Shown here piece after piece: positions 1 through 12,935 of a stretch of 64,000 bases of DNA. A program made the translations under genes and the position numbers. The stretch's first letter is position 1. The number at the start of each line of letters is the position of its first letter. Under the pieces are notes generated by a model. That model saw only the letters and a program-made list of their open reading frames with translations, ran no database searches and was not told the origin of the DNA. This DNA is from Bradyrhizobiaceae bacterium (GTDB taxonomy: Bacteria; Pseudomonadota; Alphaproteobacteria; Rhizobiales; Xanthobacteraceae), in NCBI GenBank assembly GCA_020853885.1, contig JADYXZ010000020.1, forward strand, positions 378,707 to 442,706, read 5' to 3'.

Positions 1-387
1 GGACTGGTGGTGCCGGTGGTGCGCGACGCCGACCAGATCTCCATCGCCGAGATCGAGAAGAAGATCGCCGATTCCGCCAAGCGCGCGCGCGAGGGCAAGC
101 TTTCGATCGACGAGATGCAGGGCGGCACCTTCACGATCACCAACGGCGGCATCTACGGATCGCTGCTGTCGACGCCGATCCTGAACGCGCCGCAGTCGGG
201 CATCCTCGGCATGCACCGCATCGAGGAGCGGCCGGTGGCGGTGAAGGGGCAGGTGGTGATCAAGCCGATGATGTACCTCGCGCTGTCCTATGACCACCGC
301 ATCGTCGACGGCCGCGAGGCTGTGACGTTCCTGGTGCGGGTGAAAGAGAATCTGGAAGACCCGGCGCGGCTGGTGCTGGATTTGTGA
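1..387 (+). CDS. sucB: Dihydrolipoamide succinyltransferase (2-oxoglutarate dehydrogenase E2), C-terminal fragment; 5' end lies outside the window
   Basis: The frame is open from base 1. The catalytic-domain motif [33 protein letters not shown] is present, and lpdA follows. Confidence 0.9.
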   Translation, partial: GLVVPVVRDADQISIAEIEKKIADSAKRAREGKLSIDEMQGGTFTITNGGIYGSLLSTPILNAPQSGILGMHRIEERPVAVKGQVVIKPMMYLALSYDHRIVDGREAVTFLVRVKENLEDPARLVLDL

Positions 388-390
388 TTC

Positions 391-545
391 TTCCCCTCTC
401 CCCGTTTACGGGGAGAGGGTGCCGAGCGAGCGACAGCGAGCGAGGCGGGAGAGGGGCCTTCGCGGCTTTCCATGCCCCTCTCCCGGCTCGCATCTCACGT
501 CGTTCGATGCTCGCCACCCTCTCCCCGCAAGCGGGGAGAGGGGAA
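391..545. repeat. Three consecutive hairpins built on a CCCTCTCCCC / GGGGAGAGGG core (REP-like palindromic element cluster)
   Basis: Hairpins: cccctctccccg-ttta-cggggagaggg (393-419); gggagaggggc...gcccctctccc (447-484); ccctctccccg-caa-gcggggagagggg (517-543). The cluster fills the sucB-lpdA spacer. Confidence 0.8.
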
Positions 546-564
546 AGTCTGACGGAGCATTGTT

Positions 565-1965
565 ATGGCCTACGACCTTGTCGTGATCGGCACCGGACCC
601 GGCGGCTATGTGTGCGCGATCCGCGCGGCGCAGCTCGGGATGAAAGTCGCCGTGGTCGAGAAGGACAAGACCTTCGGCGGGACGTGCCTCAACGTCGGCT
701 GCATCCCGTCGAAGGCGCTGCTCTACGCCTCGCATCTCTTCGAGGACGCGGGCCACGCGTTCGCCGGCATGGGCATCGGCGTGTCGAAGCCGAAACTCGA
801 TCTCGCGCAGATGATGAAGTTCAAGGACGAGGGCGTCGACGGCAACGTCAAGGGCGTCGATTTCCTGTTCCGCAAGAACAAGATCGACGCGTTCCGCGGC
901 AAGGGCCGCATCGCGGCGCCGGGCAAAGTGGAAGTTGCGACCGGCAACGGCAAGAACGAGACGATCGAAACGAAGGCGATCGTGATCGCCACCGGCTCCG
1001 ACGTGGCGCGGCTCTCCGGCATCGAGATCGACGAGAAGCGGGTGGTGTCGTCCACCGGCGCGCTGGCGCTGCCGAAGGTGCCGGAGCGGCTCCTGGTGGT
1101 CGGCGCGGGCGTGATCGGGCTCGAGCTCGGCTCGGTGTGGCGGCGGCTCGGCGCGAAGGTCGAGGTGGTGGAATTCCTCGACCGCATCCTGCCGGGCATG
1201 GATGGCGAGATCGCGCGGCAGTTCCAGCGCGTCCAGGAGAAGCAGGGGATCAAGTTCCGCCTCGGCGCCAAGATCACCGGCATCGACGGCAAGGGCAAGA
1301 CGCTGAAGGCGTCGGTCGAGCCTGCGAACGGCGGCAAGGCGGAGACGCTCGAAGCCGACGCCGTGCTCGTCGCCATCGGCCGCGTGCCCTACACGGACGG
1401 GCTCGGGCTCGCGGAAGCGGGCGTTGCGCTCGACAACAGGAAGCGCGTCGTGGTCGACGCGCACTACCAGACGAACGTGGCGGGCATCTTCGCCATCGGC
1501 GACGTGATCGCGGGGCCGATGCTCGCGCACAAGGCGGAGGACGAGGGCGTCGCGGTCGCGGAAATCCTCGCGGGCCACGCGGGCCACGTGAACTACGACG
1601 CGATCCCGAACGTGATCTACACCTTCCCCGAGGTGGCGTCGGTCGGCAAGACCGAGGAAGAACTGAAGGCCGCGGGCATCCAGTACCGCGCCGGCAAGTT
1701 CCCGTTCACCGCGAACGGCCGCGCCAAGGTCAACCGGACGACCGAGGGCTTCGTGAAGATTCTTGCAGACGCAGAGACCGACCGCGTCTATGGCGTGCAC
1801 ATCATCGGCGCGGACGCCGGCACGCTGATCGGCGAGGTGACGCTCGCGATCGAGATCGGCGCTTCGGCCGAGGACATCGCGCGCACCTGCCACGCGCATC
1901 CGACGACGTCGGAGGCGGTGAAGGAAGCCGCGCTCGCCGTCGACGGACGGCCGATTCACATGTGA
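565..1965 (+). CDS. lpdA: Dihydrolipoyl dehydrogenase (E3)
   Basis: 466 aa. Has the FAD motif GTGPGGY, the redox-active GGTCLNVGCIPSK, and a C-terminal HAHPT interface motif. Confidence 0.95.
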   Translation: MAYDLVVIGTGPGGYVCAIRAAQLGMKVAVVEKDKTFGGTCLNVGCIPSKALLYASHLFEDAGHAFAGMGIGVSKPKLDLAQMMKFKDEGVDGNVKGVDFLFRKNKIDAFRGKGRIAAPGKVEVATGNGKNETIETKAIVIATGSDVARLSGIEIDEKRVVSSTGALALPKVPERLLVVGAGVIGLELGSVWRRLGAKVEVVEFLDRILPGMDGEIARQFQRVQEKQGIKFRLGAKITGIDGKGKTLKASVEPANGGKAETLEADAVLVAIGRVPYTDGLGLAEAGVALDNRKRVVVDAHYQTNVAGIFAIGDVIAGPMLAHKAEDEGVAVAEILAGHAGHVNYDAIPNVIYTFPEVASVGKTEEELKAAGIQYRAGKFPFTANGRAKVNRTTEGFVKILADAETDRVYGVHIIGADAGTLIGEVTLAIEIGASAEDIARTCHAHPTTSEAVKEAALAVDGRPIHM

Positions 1966-1974
1966 TCAAAATAA

Positions 1975-1998
1975 GGCCCGGGGCGTTTGCCCCGGGCC
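1975..1998. terminator. GC-rich hairpin between convergent lpdA and a small minus-strand ORF; a T-run follows it on the minus strand
   Basis: The hairpin is ggcccggggc-gttt-gccccgggcc. On the minus strand it is followed by TTATTTTGA. Confidence 0.55.
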
Positions 1999-2016
1999 GA
2001 ACAGGCTTCTGGCAGC

Positions 2017-2163
2017 TCAGTTCTGCGCCGGCTTCGAGATCGGCGCTTCCGCCGTCGTCGTCGGCTTGGACATGTCGACCGACTTGGCGCCCGGGCAGGC
2101 ATAGGCCGCACCGGCAAACGCCACGAAGGCCGTTGCTGCAAGAATCGTCGTCAGCTTGCGCAT
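2017..2163 (-). CDS. Small secreted peptide (48 aa), absent from the ORF track because it is under 60 aa
   Basis: Hand translation gives MRKLTTILAATAFVAFAGAAYACPGAKSVDMSKPTTTAEAPISKPAQN. A GGAGA Shine-Dalgarno lies 7 nt upstream of the ATG, the N-terminus is signal-peptide-like, and a terminator hairpin lies downstream. Confidence 0.45.
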   Translation of the reverse strand: MRKLTTILAATAFVAFAGAAYACPGAKSVDMSKPTTTAEAPISKPAQN

Positions 2164-2275
2164 CGGATCGTCTCCTGTTGCAGCAGAAGCGGCACATACC
2201 GCTTTGCCGATGAAAGTCTAACCGCGCGTGGCGACCGGCAGAAGGCTGGATGGACGTTCGTAACGGAAACGTGTT

Positions 2276-3283
2276 TCAGCCGCGGGCGCGGGGGTGCGCC
2301 GCGCGATAGGCCTCGATCAAACTGGTGGCATCGACGGCGGTGTAGATCTGCGTCGTCGCGAGCGAGGCGTGGCCGAGCAGTTCCTGGATCGAGCGCAGGT
2401 CGCCGCCGCGGGCGAGCAGGTGCGTGGCGAAGGAATGGCGCAGCGCGTGTGGCGTCGCCGTGTCGGGCAGGCCGAGCGCGCCGCGCAGGCGCTCCATGGC
2501 AAGCTGCACCACGCGCGGCGAGAGCGGGCCGCCCTTCTCGCCGCGGAAGAGCGGGCCGTCCGATACGAGATCGAACGGGCAGAGCGAGATGTATTCGGCG
2601 ATCGCCTGCGCCACCTGCGGCAGCACCGGCACCATGCGCTTCTTCGCGCCCTTGCCGAGCACGGTGATGGTGTCGCCGGAGCCGGGCGCCGGCGCGTCGC
2701 GGCGCTTGAGGCCGAGCGCTTCGGAGATGCGCAGACCCGAGCCGTAGAGGAGCGCCAGCACCGCCGCGTCGCGCGCGAGCACCCAGGGCGCGCGTTCCTC
2801 GCCGGCGCGGCTTGCGGGATCGGCGACGTTGCGGGCGGCGGAAACGGAAAGCGGCTTCGGTAGCGTGCGTGCGATCTTCGGCGCGCGCACGGCGGCGAGC
2901 GCCGCCACCTTGCCGCTGCCCTCGCGCTCGAGAAAGCGCGCGAAGGAGCGGGCGGCGGCGAGCGAGCGTATCAGCGTGCGCGGCTCGATGCCATTGCTGC
3001 GGCGCTCCGCGAGATAGGCGCGCACGTCGGCGGGCTCGAGGCGGGAGAGACCGGCGAGCTTCGGCCTGCCGCCGAGATGCTCGGCGAGGAAGCCGAGGAA
3101 GCCCGCGACGTCGCGGCCGTAGGCTTCGAGCGTCTTCGGCGAGAGCCGGCGCTCGTGGGCGATGAAGCCGAGCCAGCGGCGCGCCTCGGCGGCGACATCC
3201 TTTGCCGCGACTGCGGCGATCGACGCCGCTGCGATCGTGAGCGGATCGTGGTCCTTGTCGTCCTTTGCCGCTTCTCTTGACAT
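2276..3283 (-). CDS. xerC: Tyrosine site-specific recombinase XerC-type
   Basis: 335 aa. N-terminal SAM-like region WLGFIAHERRLSPKTLEAYGRDV; C-terminal catalytic HALRHSFATHLL...LGHASLATTQIYT. Confidence 0.8.
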   Translation of the reverse strand: MSREAAKDDKDHDPLTIAAASIAAVAAKDVAAEARRWLGFIAHERRLSPKTLEAYGRDVAGFLGFLAEHLGGRPKLAGLSRLEPADVRAYLAERRSNGIEPRTLIRSLAAARSFARFLEREGSGKVAALAAVRAPKIARTLPKPLSVSAARNVADPASRAGEERAPWVLARDAAVLALLYGSGLRISEALGLKRRDAPAPGSGDTITVLGKGAKKRMVPVLPQVAQAIAEYISLCPFDLVSDGPLFRGEKGGPLSPRVVQLAMERLRGALGLPDTATPHALRHSFATHLLARGGDLRSIQELLGHASLATTQIYTAVDATSLIEAYRAAHPRARG

Positions 3284-3339
3284 GGCAGGCAGGATGTCAG
3301 CCGATCCTTTCGGAACGATTGATTCCGGAGCCGCAGCGC

Positions 3340-5505
3340 ATGACCGAGCGCACCGTCGATGTTCTCGTGCCGGTGGCGGTCGATGCGCCCTATACCTACC
3401 GCATTCCCGAAGGCTTGGCGCTCTTGCCGGGCGCGATCGTGGCCGCGCCCCTCGGGAACCGGCGGGTGATCGGCTGCGTGTGGCCGGCGGGCCGGGCGCG
3501 GGTGCCGGCGGGCGCGAGGCTCAAGGCGGTCTCCGCGCCGCTCGACGTGCCGCCGTTCCCGGCGGAATTCGTGCGCTTCATCGACTGGGTCGCCGACTAC
3601 ACGCTCGCCCCGCGCGGCATGGTGCTGCGCATGGCGCTGCGCTTCGACGAGCGCGGGGAAGCGGCGCGCGTCGGCGTGCGGATCGCAGGCGGGGTGCCGA
3701 AGCGCAAGACCGCCGCCCGCGAGCGCGTGCTCGCGCTCATGGCCGACGGGCTCGTACGCGCGAAGGCCGACGCCGCGCGCGAAGCGGGGGTCACGCCCAC
3801 GGTGATCTCGGGTCTTGTCGACGAAGGTGCCTTGGAGATCGTGGAACTGCCGCCGGAGCCGGTGGCGCGGCCGCCCGATCCCGATTACGCGCAGCCGGAA
3901 TTGACGGAAGCGCAGGCAAGTGCTGCGAGCACCTTGCGCGAAGCGGCCGCCGCTGGCGGCTTTTCCGTACATCTCCTCGACGGTGTCACCGGCTCGGGCA
4001 AGACCGAGGTCTATTTCGAAGCCGTCGCCGAGGCGATCCGGCGCGGCAGGCAGGCGCTCATTCTCCTGCCGGAAATCGCGCTGACCACGGCATTTCTCGA
4101 CCGCTTCGCAGAACGTTTCGGCGTGCGGCCGGCGGAATGGCATTCGCAGGTGTCGCCGCGCAAACGGGCGCGGACGTGGGAGGCGGTGGCGAAGGGCGAG
4201 GTCGCCGTGGTCGCCGGCGCGCGCTCGGCGCTGTTCCTGCCGTTCCAGCGGCTCGGCCTCATCGTGGTCGATGAGGAGCACGATCCCGCCTACAAGCAGG
4301 AAGACGGCGTGCACTATCACGCGCGCGACATGGCGGTGGTGCGCGGCTCGCTCGCCGGCTTGCCCGTCGTGCTGTCGTCGGCGACGCCGTCGATCGAAAC
4401 CGAAGTCAATGCGCGGCGCGGGCGCTACCAGCGGCTCGAATTGCCGGAGCGGTTCAGCGGCAGCGCCGTGCCGCCGCTTGAGGCCATCGATCTGCGCACG
4501 GAAGGCCCGCCGCGCGGGCGCTGGATCGCGCCGCGGCTGGAAGCGGCCGTGCGGGAAACGCTCGCGCGCGGCGAGCAGGCGCTGCTGTTCCTCAACCGGC
4601 GCGGCTACGCGCCGCTCACGCTCTGCCGCACCTGCGGGCACCGGATGCGCTGCCCGAACTGCGAGGCGTGGCTCGTGGAGCACCGCTACCGGCAGCAGCT
4701 CAGCTGCCACCATTGCGGCTTCACCATGCCGCCGCCGGCGGCCTGCCCGAAATGCGAGACGAAAGATTCCTTCGTCGCGTGCGGGCCGGGCGTCGAGCGG
4801 CTGGAAGAAGAAGCGCGCAAGCTCTTCCCCGAGGCGCGCACGCAGGTGCTGTCGAGCGACCTGTCCGGCGGCGTCGAGCGGCTGCAGGCGGAGCTTGCGG
4901 CGATCACGCGCGGCGAGGTGGACATCGTGATCGGCACCCAGCTCGTCGCCAAGGGCCATCACTTTCCGTCGCTGGCGCTCGTGGGCGTCGTGGACGCCGA
5001 TCTCGGGCTCGGCTACGGCGACCCGCGCGCGGCGGAGCGCACGTTCCAGCTCCTGCATCAGGTGGTGGGCCGCGCGGGCCGCGAGGCGGCGGCGGGGCGC
5101 GGGCTCCTGCAGACGCACCAGCCGGAGCATCCGGTGATGCAGGCGCTGATTGCGGGCGACCGCAACGCCTTCTACAGCCGGGAAATCGCCGAGCGCGAGG
5201 AGGCGGGCCTGCCGCCGTTCTTCCGGCTCGCGAGCCTGATCGTTTCCGCGAAGGACGGCCCGGCGGCGGAGGGCCATGCGCGGCGGCTTGCGGCCACGGC
5301 CCCCCGCAATGAAGAGGTGCGCATCCTCGGGCCGGCGGAAGCACCGCTTGCGCTCGTGCGCGGGCGGCGGCGCTGGCGGTTGCTCGCCAAATCTCCGCGC
5401 AATTTCGACCTTTCCGGCTACCTGCGCGCCTGGCTCGCGGCCGGCCCGAAGGTGACGGGAAGCCTGCAGGTGACGGTCGACGTGGACCCGCAAAGCTTCC
5501 TGTAA
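3340..5505 (+). CDS. priA: Primosomal protein N' (replication restart helicase PriA)
   Basis: Has Walker A GVTGSGKT, a DEEHD box, and the Cys-rich zinc motif CRTCGHRMRCPNCEAWLVEH...CHHCG...CPKC. The start is taken at the ATG of MTERTVDVLVP; the track ORF begins at 3265. Confidence 0.9.
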   Translation: MTERTVDVLVPVAVDAPYTYRIPEGLALLPGAIVAAPLGNRRVIGCVWPAGRARVPAGARLKAVSAPLDVPPFPAEFVRFIDWVADYTLAPRGMVLRMALRFDERGEAARVGVRIAGGVPKRKTAARERVLALMADGLVRAKADAAREAGVTPTVISGLVDEGALEIVELPPEPVARPPDPDYAQPELTEAQASAASTLREAAAAGGFSVHLLDGVTGSGKTEVYFEAVAEAIRRGRQALILLPEIALTTAFLDRFAERFGVRPAEWHSQVSPRKRARTWEAVAKGEVAVVAGARSALFLPFQRLGLIVVDEEHDPAYKQEDGVHYHARDMAVVRGSLAGLPVVLSSATPSIETEVNARRGRYQRLELPERFSGSAVPPLEAIDLRTEGPPRGRWIAPRLEAAVRETLARGEQALLFLNRRGYAPLTLCRTCGHRMRCPNCEAWLVEHRYRQQLSCHHCGFTMPPPAACPKCETKDSFVACGPGVERLEEEARKLFPEARTQVLSSDLSGGVERLQAELAAITRGEVDIVIGTQLVAKGHHFPSLALVGVVDADLGLGYGDPRAAERTFQLLHQVVGRAGREAAAGRGLLQTHQPEHPVMQALIAGDRNAFYSREIAEREEAGLPPFFRLASLIVSAKDGPAAEGHARRLAATAPRNEEVRILGPAEAPLALVRGRRRWRLLAKSPRNFDLSGYLRAWLAAGPKVTGSLQVTVDVDPQSFL

Positions 5506-5745
5506 TTGCCTGAAAAATCGGCGCGGCCGCCAGTTGGTCGCACCCTTGAAAACCCGCGTCCCGCAGGGCTTTTCGCCATCTTTTCCGGCATTCTCCGTGT
5601 TGCGCCACGGAAACGGCTATGTTACGAACCGCGCGCTTTCGGGGGGCGCGAGGAAGCGCGCGTCCTTCTCCAAAACGACCGTCCGTACGGCATAACCGGG
5701 CCTCCGCCGCGGGCGACGCGTGGAGCCAACCCTCAGGGAAGAATC

Positions 5746-7832
<2,087 letters not shown>

Positions 7833-7841
7833 TTTTCGAGG

Positions 7842-7926
7842 CGTCATGGCCGGGCTTGTCCCGGCCATCCACGCCTTGAAGCAGAAAAAGAAGACGTGGA
7901 TGCCCGCGACAAGCGCGGGCATGACG
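7842..7926. repeat. Inverted pair of ~32-nt REP units (cgtcatgGCCGGGcttgtCCCGGCcatccacg and its near-identical reverse complement) inside the atp operon
   Basis: Compare 7842-7873 with the reverse complement of 7894-7925. Each unit also contains its own hairpin. Confidence 0.75.
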
Positions 7927-7968
7927 GGAAAAGGGAAAGGCCGGTTTCGGCTGCGACGGTAAGATCGA

Positions 7969-8844
7969 ATGGCCAGTCTGAAGGAATTGCGCAACCGCAT
8001 CGCCTCGGTGAAGGCGACGCAGAAGATCACCAAGGCGATGCAGATGGTCGCCGCGGCGAAGCTCAGGCGCGCGCAGGCGGCCGCGGAATCCGCGCGGCCC
8101 TATGCCGAGCGGATGGAGCGGATGCTCGGTAATATCGCGGCGAGCGTCACGCCGACGCCGGAATCGCCGAAGCTGCTCGTCGGCACCGGCAAGAGCGACG
8201 TGCATCTCCTGCTTGTCTGCACCGCCGAGCGTGGGCTTTGCGGCGCGTTCAACTCGCAGATCGTCCGCCTCGCCCGCGAGCGGGCGAACGCGCTGCAGGC
8301 CGAGGGCAAGACGGTCAAGTTCCTGTGCGTCGGCCGCAAGGGCTTCGAGCAACTGCGGCGCCAGTACGAGAAGCAGATTCTCGAAGTGGTGGACCTGCGC
8401 GCCGCGCGCACGCTCGGCTACGAGCACGCGGCCGACATCGCGCAGAAGGTCGTCGCGCGCTTCGAGGCCGGCGAGTTCGACATCTGCACGCTGTTCTATT
8501 CGCGCTTCAAGTCGGTGATCTCGCAGATTCCGACGGCACAGCAGATCATTCCGCCGGTGTTCGAGCAGAAGGACACGGGCAGCGGCGGCGCGGTCTATGA
8601 GTACGAGCCGGACGAGGAAGAGATTCTCGGCGAGCTGCTGCCGCGCAATCTGGCGACGCAAGTCTTCCGCGCGCTGCTGGAGAACGCCGCGAGCGAGCAA
8701 GGCGCGCGCATGAGCGCCATGGACAACGCCACGCGCAACGCCGGCGACATGATCCGCAGACAAACGATCATTTACAACCGCACCCGTCAGGCGATGATCA
8801 CCAAGGAACTGATCGAGATCATCTCCGGCGCGGAAGCGCTCTAA
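7969..8844 (+). CDS. atpG: F1F0 ATP synthase subunit gamma
   Basis: 291 aa. N-terminus [36 protein letters not shown]; C-terminus [15 protein letters not shown]. Confidence 0.95.
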   Translation: MASLKELRNRIASVKATQKITKAMQMVAAAKLRRAQAAAESARPYAERMERMLGNIAASVTPTPESPKLLVGTGKSDVHLLLVCTAERGLCGAFNSQIVRLARERANALQAEGKTVKFLCVGRKGFEQLRRQYEKQILEVVDLRAARTLGYEHAADIAQKVVARFEAGEFDICTLFYSRFKSVISQIPTAQQIIPPVFEQKDTGSGGAVYEYEPDEEEILGELLPRNLATQVFRALLENAASEQGARMSAMDNATRNAGDMIRRQTIIYNRTRQAMITKELIEIISGAEAL

Positions 8845-10305
<1,461 letters not shown>

Positions 10306-10313
10306 GACAGCGG

Positions 10314-10589
10314 ATGCAGATTCTCGGCCGACAACGGAATGCCATGCTGGCCTTTCTCGTCGTCGGCCTGCTGATCGGCGCGCTCGCCGGTTACCTGACG
10401 CGGCCCGAGTCGGCGGAGATCAGGATCGGGCCGGTGCAGATCGAGGTGACGGGCAAAGGCATCGCGCGCGACAGCGGCGGGGAATTGACGTCGAGCCAGG
10501 TGCAGCACATCGCGTTGATCACGCTGATCGGCGGCATCATCGGACTGGGGTTCGGCTACGCGGCCGAGCGCGGCAAGCTCAAAGGTTGA
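10314..10589 (+). CDS. Small two-TM membrane protein encoded between atpD and atpC
   Basis: An AGGA lies 6 nt upstream of ATG 10314 (alternative ATG at 10344). Two hydrophobic helices: AFLVVGLLIGALAGYL and ALITLIGGIIGLGFGYA. Confidence 0.6.
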   Translation: MQILGRQRNAMLAFLVVGLLIGALAGYLTRPESAEIRIGPVQIEVTGKGIARDSGGELTSSQVQHIALITLIGGIIGLGFGYAAERGKLKG

Positions 10590-10602
10590 ACGGCGGTAGG
10601 AA

Positions 10603-11019
10603 ATGGCAAGCTTTGCGTTTGAACTCGTTTCGCCCACGCGTCTCGTTTTTTCGGGCGAGGTGGAGCAGGTCGACGTGCCGGGCGCCGAGGGCGACTTCGG
10701 CGTGCTTGCGGGTCACGCGCCGTTCATCACGCCGCTTAGGCCCGGCGTGCTCACCGTGCGCAACGGCAGTGAGACGAAGCGGCTGTTCGTGAAGGACGGC
10801 TTCGCCGAGGTGAACCAGAAGGGGCTGACGGTGCTCGCCGAGACCGCGGTTGCGGTCGAGGAGATCGAGCGCGACGCGTTCGCCACCGCGATCAAGGAAG
10901 CGGAGCAGGCGGTTACCGAGGCAAAGGACGAAGCGGCGCGCTGGCAGGCGGTCGCGGCCGTCGAGCAGTTGAAGGCCGCGGCGGCGCAGGTCGGCGCGGG
11001 CGGCGCCGCGGCGCATTAA
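10603..11019 (+). CDS. atpC: F1F0 ATP synthase subunit epsilon
   Basis: 138 aa. FELVSP...VPGAEGDFGVLAGHAP is typical of epsilon. Confidence 0.93.
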   Translation: MASFAFELVSPTRLVFSGEVEQVDVPGAEGDFGVLAGHAPFITPLRPGVLTVRNGSETKRLFVKDGFAEVNQKGLTVLAETAVAVEEIERDAFATAIKEAEQAVTEAKDEAARWQAVAAVEQLKAAAAQVGAGGAAAH

Positions 11020-11034
11020 GCGCATCCATTCCGC

Positions 11035-11117
11035 TCATTCCCGCGTAAGCGGGAATCCAGTGCCACAAATATCGAATCCACAATTTGCCCTGGGTCCCCG
11101 CTTACGCGGGGACGAGC
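11035..11117. repeat. Two REP-like hairpins (cattcccgcg-taa-gcgggaatc and gtccccgc-ttac-gcggggac)
   Basis: Palindromes at 11035-11061 and 11091-11117, downstream of atpC and of convergent rppH. Confidence 0.7.
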
Positions 11118-11133
11118 GGTGTATGAGCGATGT

Positions 11134-11634
11134 CTATCGCGCGAACGCGCGGAACTCGTCGATCACCTGCTCATAGACCTTGCGCTTGAACGGCACGACG
11201 AGCTCCGGCAGCCGCTCCAGCTTCTCCCAGCGCCACTCGACGAACTCCGGCTCATGGCCGCCGGCCGGATGCAGCACGTCGATCTCCGATTCCTTGCCGG
11301 TGAAGCGCAGCGCGTACCATTTCTGCGTCTGGCCGCGGAACTTTCCCTTCCATGCCTGGCTGACGATGTCGCGCGGGATGTCGTAGGAGAGCCAGCTTTT
11401 CGATTCGGCGAGCTTCTCGATCGAGGTGACGTTGGTCTCTTCGTACAGCTCGCGCAGCGCCGCGGGCCAGGGATCTTCCTCCCTGTCGACGCCGCCCTGC
11501 GGCATCTGCCAGGCATGCGTCATGTCCACGTGCTCCGGCCCTTCCGTGCGGCGGCCGATGAACACGCGGCCCTTGCGGTTGAACAGCATGATGCCGACGC
11601 ACGGGCGATAGGGGAGATTTTCGTAATCGGCCAT
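11134..11634 (-). CDS. rppH: RNA pyrophosphohydrolase (Nudix)
   Basis: 166 aa. N-terminus [21 protein letters not shown] and Nudix box [22 protein letters not shown]. Confidence 0.9.
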   Translation of the reverse strand: MADYENLPYRPCVGIMLFNRKGRVFIGRRTEGPEHVDMTHAWQMPQGGVDREEDPWPAALRELYEETNVTSIEKLAESKSWLSYDIPRDIVSQAWKGKFRGQTQKWYALRFTGKESEIDVLHPAGGHEPEFVEWRWEKLERLPELVVPFKRKVYEQVIDEFRAFAR

Positions 11635-11662
11635 GGCGTTCGTGCGGGGGAAAGCGGATGCC

Positions 11663-12832
11663 TCAGCTCTGCTTAGACCGCGCGACCAGCGTGCTCAAGG
11701 GGACGATGCGGACGCCGCGGCCTTCTGCGGCTTTCGCCCAGCGCGCGATGCGCTCGATGGAGACCGGCAGGACGCCCGCGCTGCCGATGGCGAACCCCTT
11801 GTCGCCGGCCTGCCGCTCGAGCCGTTCGAGCGCGGCGTCGATATCGGCCCAGTTCGGCTTCGCATCGATGACGACGTCGGCCTTGAGATAGGCGCCCTTG
11901 GTTTCGGCGGCGACCTTTGCCGTCATGCTGCGCGCCGACGTGCCGTCATCGAAATAGAGCAGTCCGCGTGCGGCAATCTCGGCGAGGACTGGGCGGAATG
12001 CCTCCGCATTGGCGGTGAGGCGGGCGCCCATGAAGTTGGTCACGCCGGCATAGCCCTGCGCGCGGCTCAGAAACCAGTACAGGCGGTCGAGGTTCTCCAC
12101 CGGCCGCAGGCTGGAAAGCAGCGTCTGCGGGCCGGGGTCGTTGTCGGGATAGTCGAACGGCTCCATCGGCAATTGCAGCAGCACCTCATGGCCGGCGCCG
12201 CGCGCCCGCGCCACCCAGCGCGGCAGTTCCGTGCTGTAGGGGACGAACGCGAACGTTGTACCCTTCGGCAGCTTGGCGATCGCTTCGCCGGTCGCGGTGG
12301 CGCTGACGCCGAGGCCGCCGACCACGATCACGATTTGCGGACCCTTGCGGCTCGCCGCGTTCGGGTCGGCGCGGGAATAGGCGTCGAGCGGCCGCGTGCC
12401 GTCTTCGGCGATGCGCGGGATGGCGCCGTGACGGGACACTTCGCTGAGGCGCGCATCGATCGGCGGGGCGGCGCCGACCGCTTCGTCGCCGCCGTCGGCG
12501 CCGGGGTGCACGGCGACCTCGGTGCGCGCGCCGCTCTTGCCGTCGATGACGGTGACGATCCTGTTCTCGGCGCCGGCCGCCGCGTCCTCTTTCCGCTTGC
12601 CGGACCCGGGCAAGACCGGGGAAGCGGTTCTGGAGGCGGGAGCCTCGATGGCGACGCGAACAACCGGCTCGCCGCCGAGCGGCGCATCGACGATGACCAC
12701 CCAGGCCAGCGCGACCAGGATCGCCAGCGCGAACGCGCCGGATATGGCAAGCAAGAGCGGCTGCGTCCAGCGGCCCGACCGGCCGCCGGATCGTCTCGGG
12801 GCCAGCGGCGTGGAGAGTTCGTCGGGCGCCAC
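11663..12832 (-). CDS. Divergent polysaccharide deacetylase family protein (YibQ-like), N-terminal TM anchor
   Basis: The core reads [11 protein letters not shown]...FAFVPY...[29 protein letters not shown] 12832 is the first canonical start downstream of the ctpA stop; the track ORF extends to 13051. Confidence 0.78.
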   Translation of the reverse strand: MAPDELSTPLAPRRSGGRSGRWTQPLLLAISGAFALAILVALAWVVIVDAPLGGEPVVRVAIEAPASRTASPVLPGSGKRKEDAAAGAENRIVTVIDGKSGARTEVAVHPGADGGDEAVGAAPPIDARLSEVSRHGAIPRIAEDGTRPLDAYSRADPNAASRKGPQIVIVVGGLGVSATATGEAIAKLPKGTTFAFVPYSTELPRWVARARGAGHEVLLQLPMEPFDYPDNDPGPQTLLSSLRPVENLDRLYWFLSRAQGYAGVTNFMGARLTANAEAFRPVLAEIAARGLLYFDDGTSARSMTAKVAAETKGAYLKADVVIDAKPNWADIDAALERLERQAGDKGFAIGSAGVLPVSIERIARWAKAAEGRGVRIVPLSTLVARSKQS

Positions 12833-12935
12833 GGTGCGATCCCTGCTGCGAATCGCGGCCAGCTTACCACGGGGCCCAAAGCGAAACCCCGCCCGGTATT
12901 CGCGGGCGGGGTCTGACTTGGCTGCGTTGCGGCGG

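Noticed and set aside
384-2213. A 609-aa plus-strand ORF and a 517-aa minus-strand ORF (406-1959) overlapping lpdA.
   Set aside because: Their translations are Arg/Gly/Pro/Ala-rich with no recognisable motifs. These are shadow frames of a high-GC gene. The lpdA frame carries complete FAD and disulfide motifs.
2971-5493. An 840-aa minus-strand ORF antisense to priA, plus several 100-370-aa ORFs in the same span.
   Set aside because: PriA on the plus strand has Walker A, a DEEH box and the Cys4 zinc motifs. The antisense product is low-complexity and Arg/Ala-rich.
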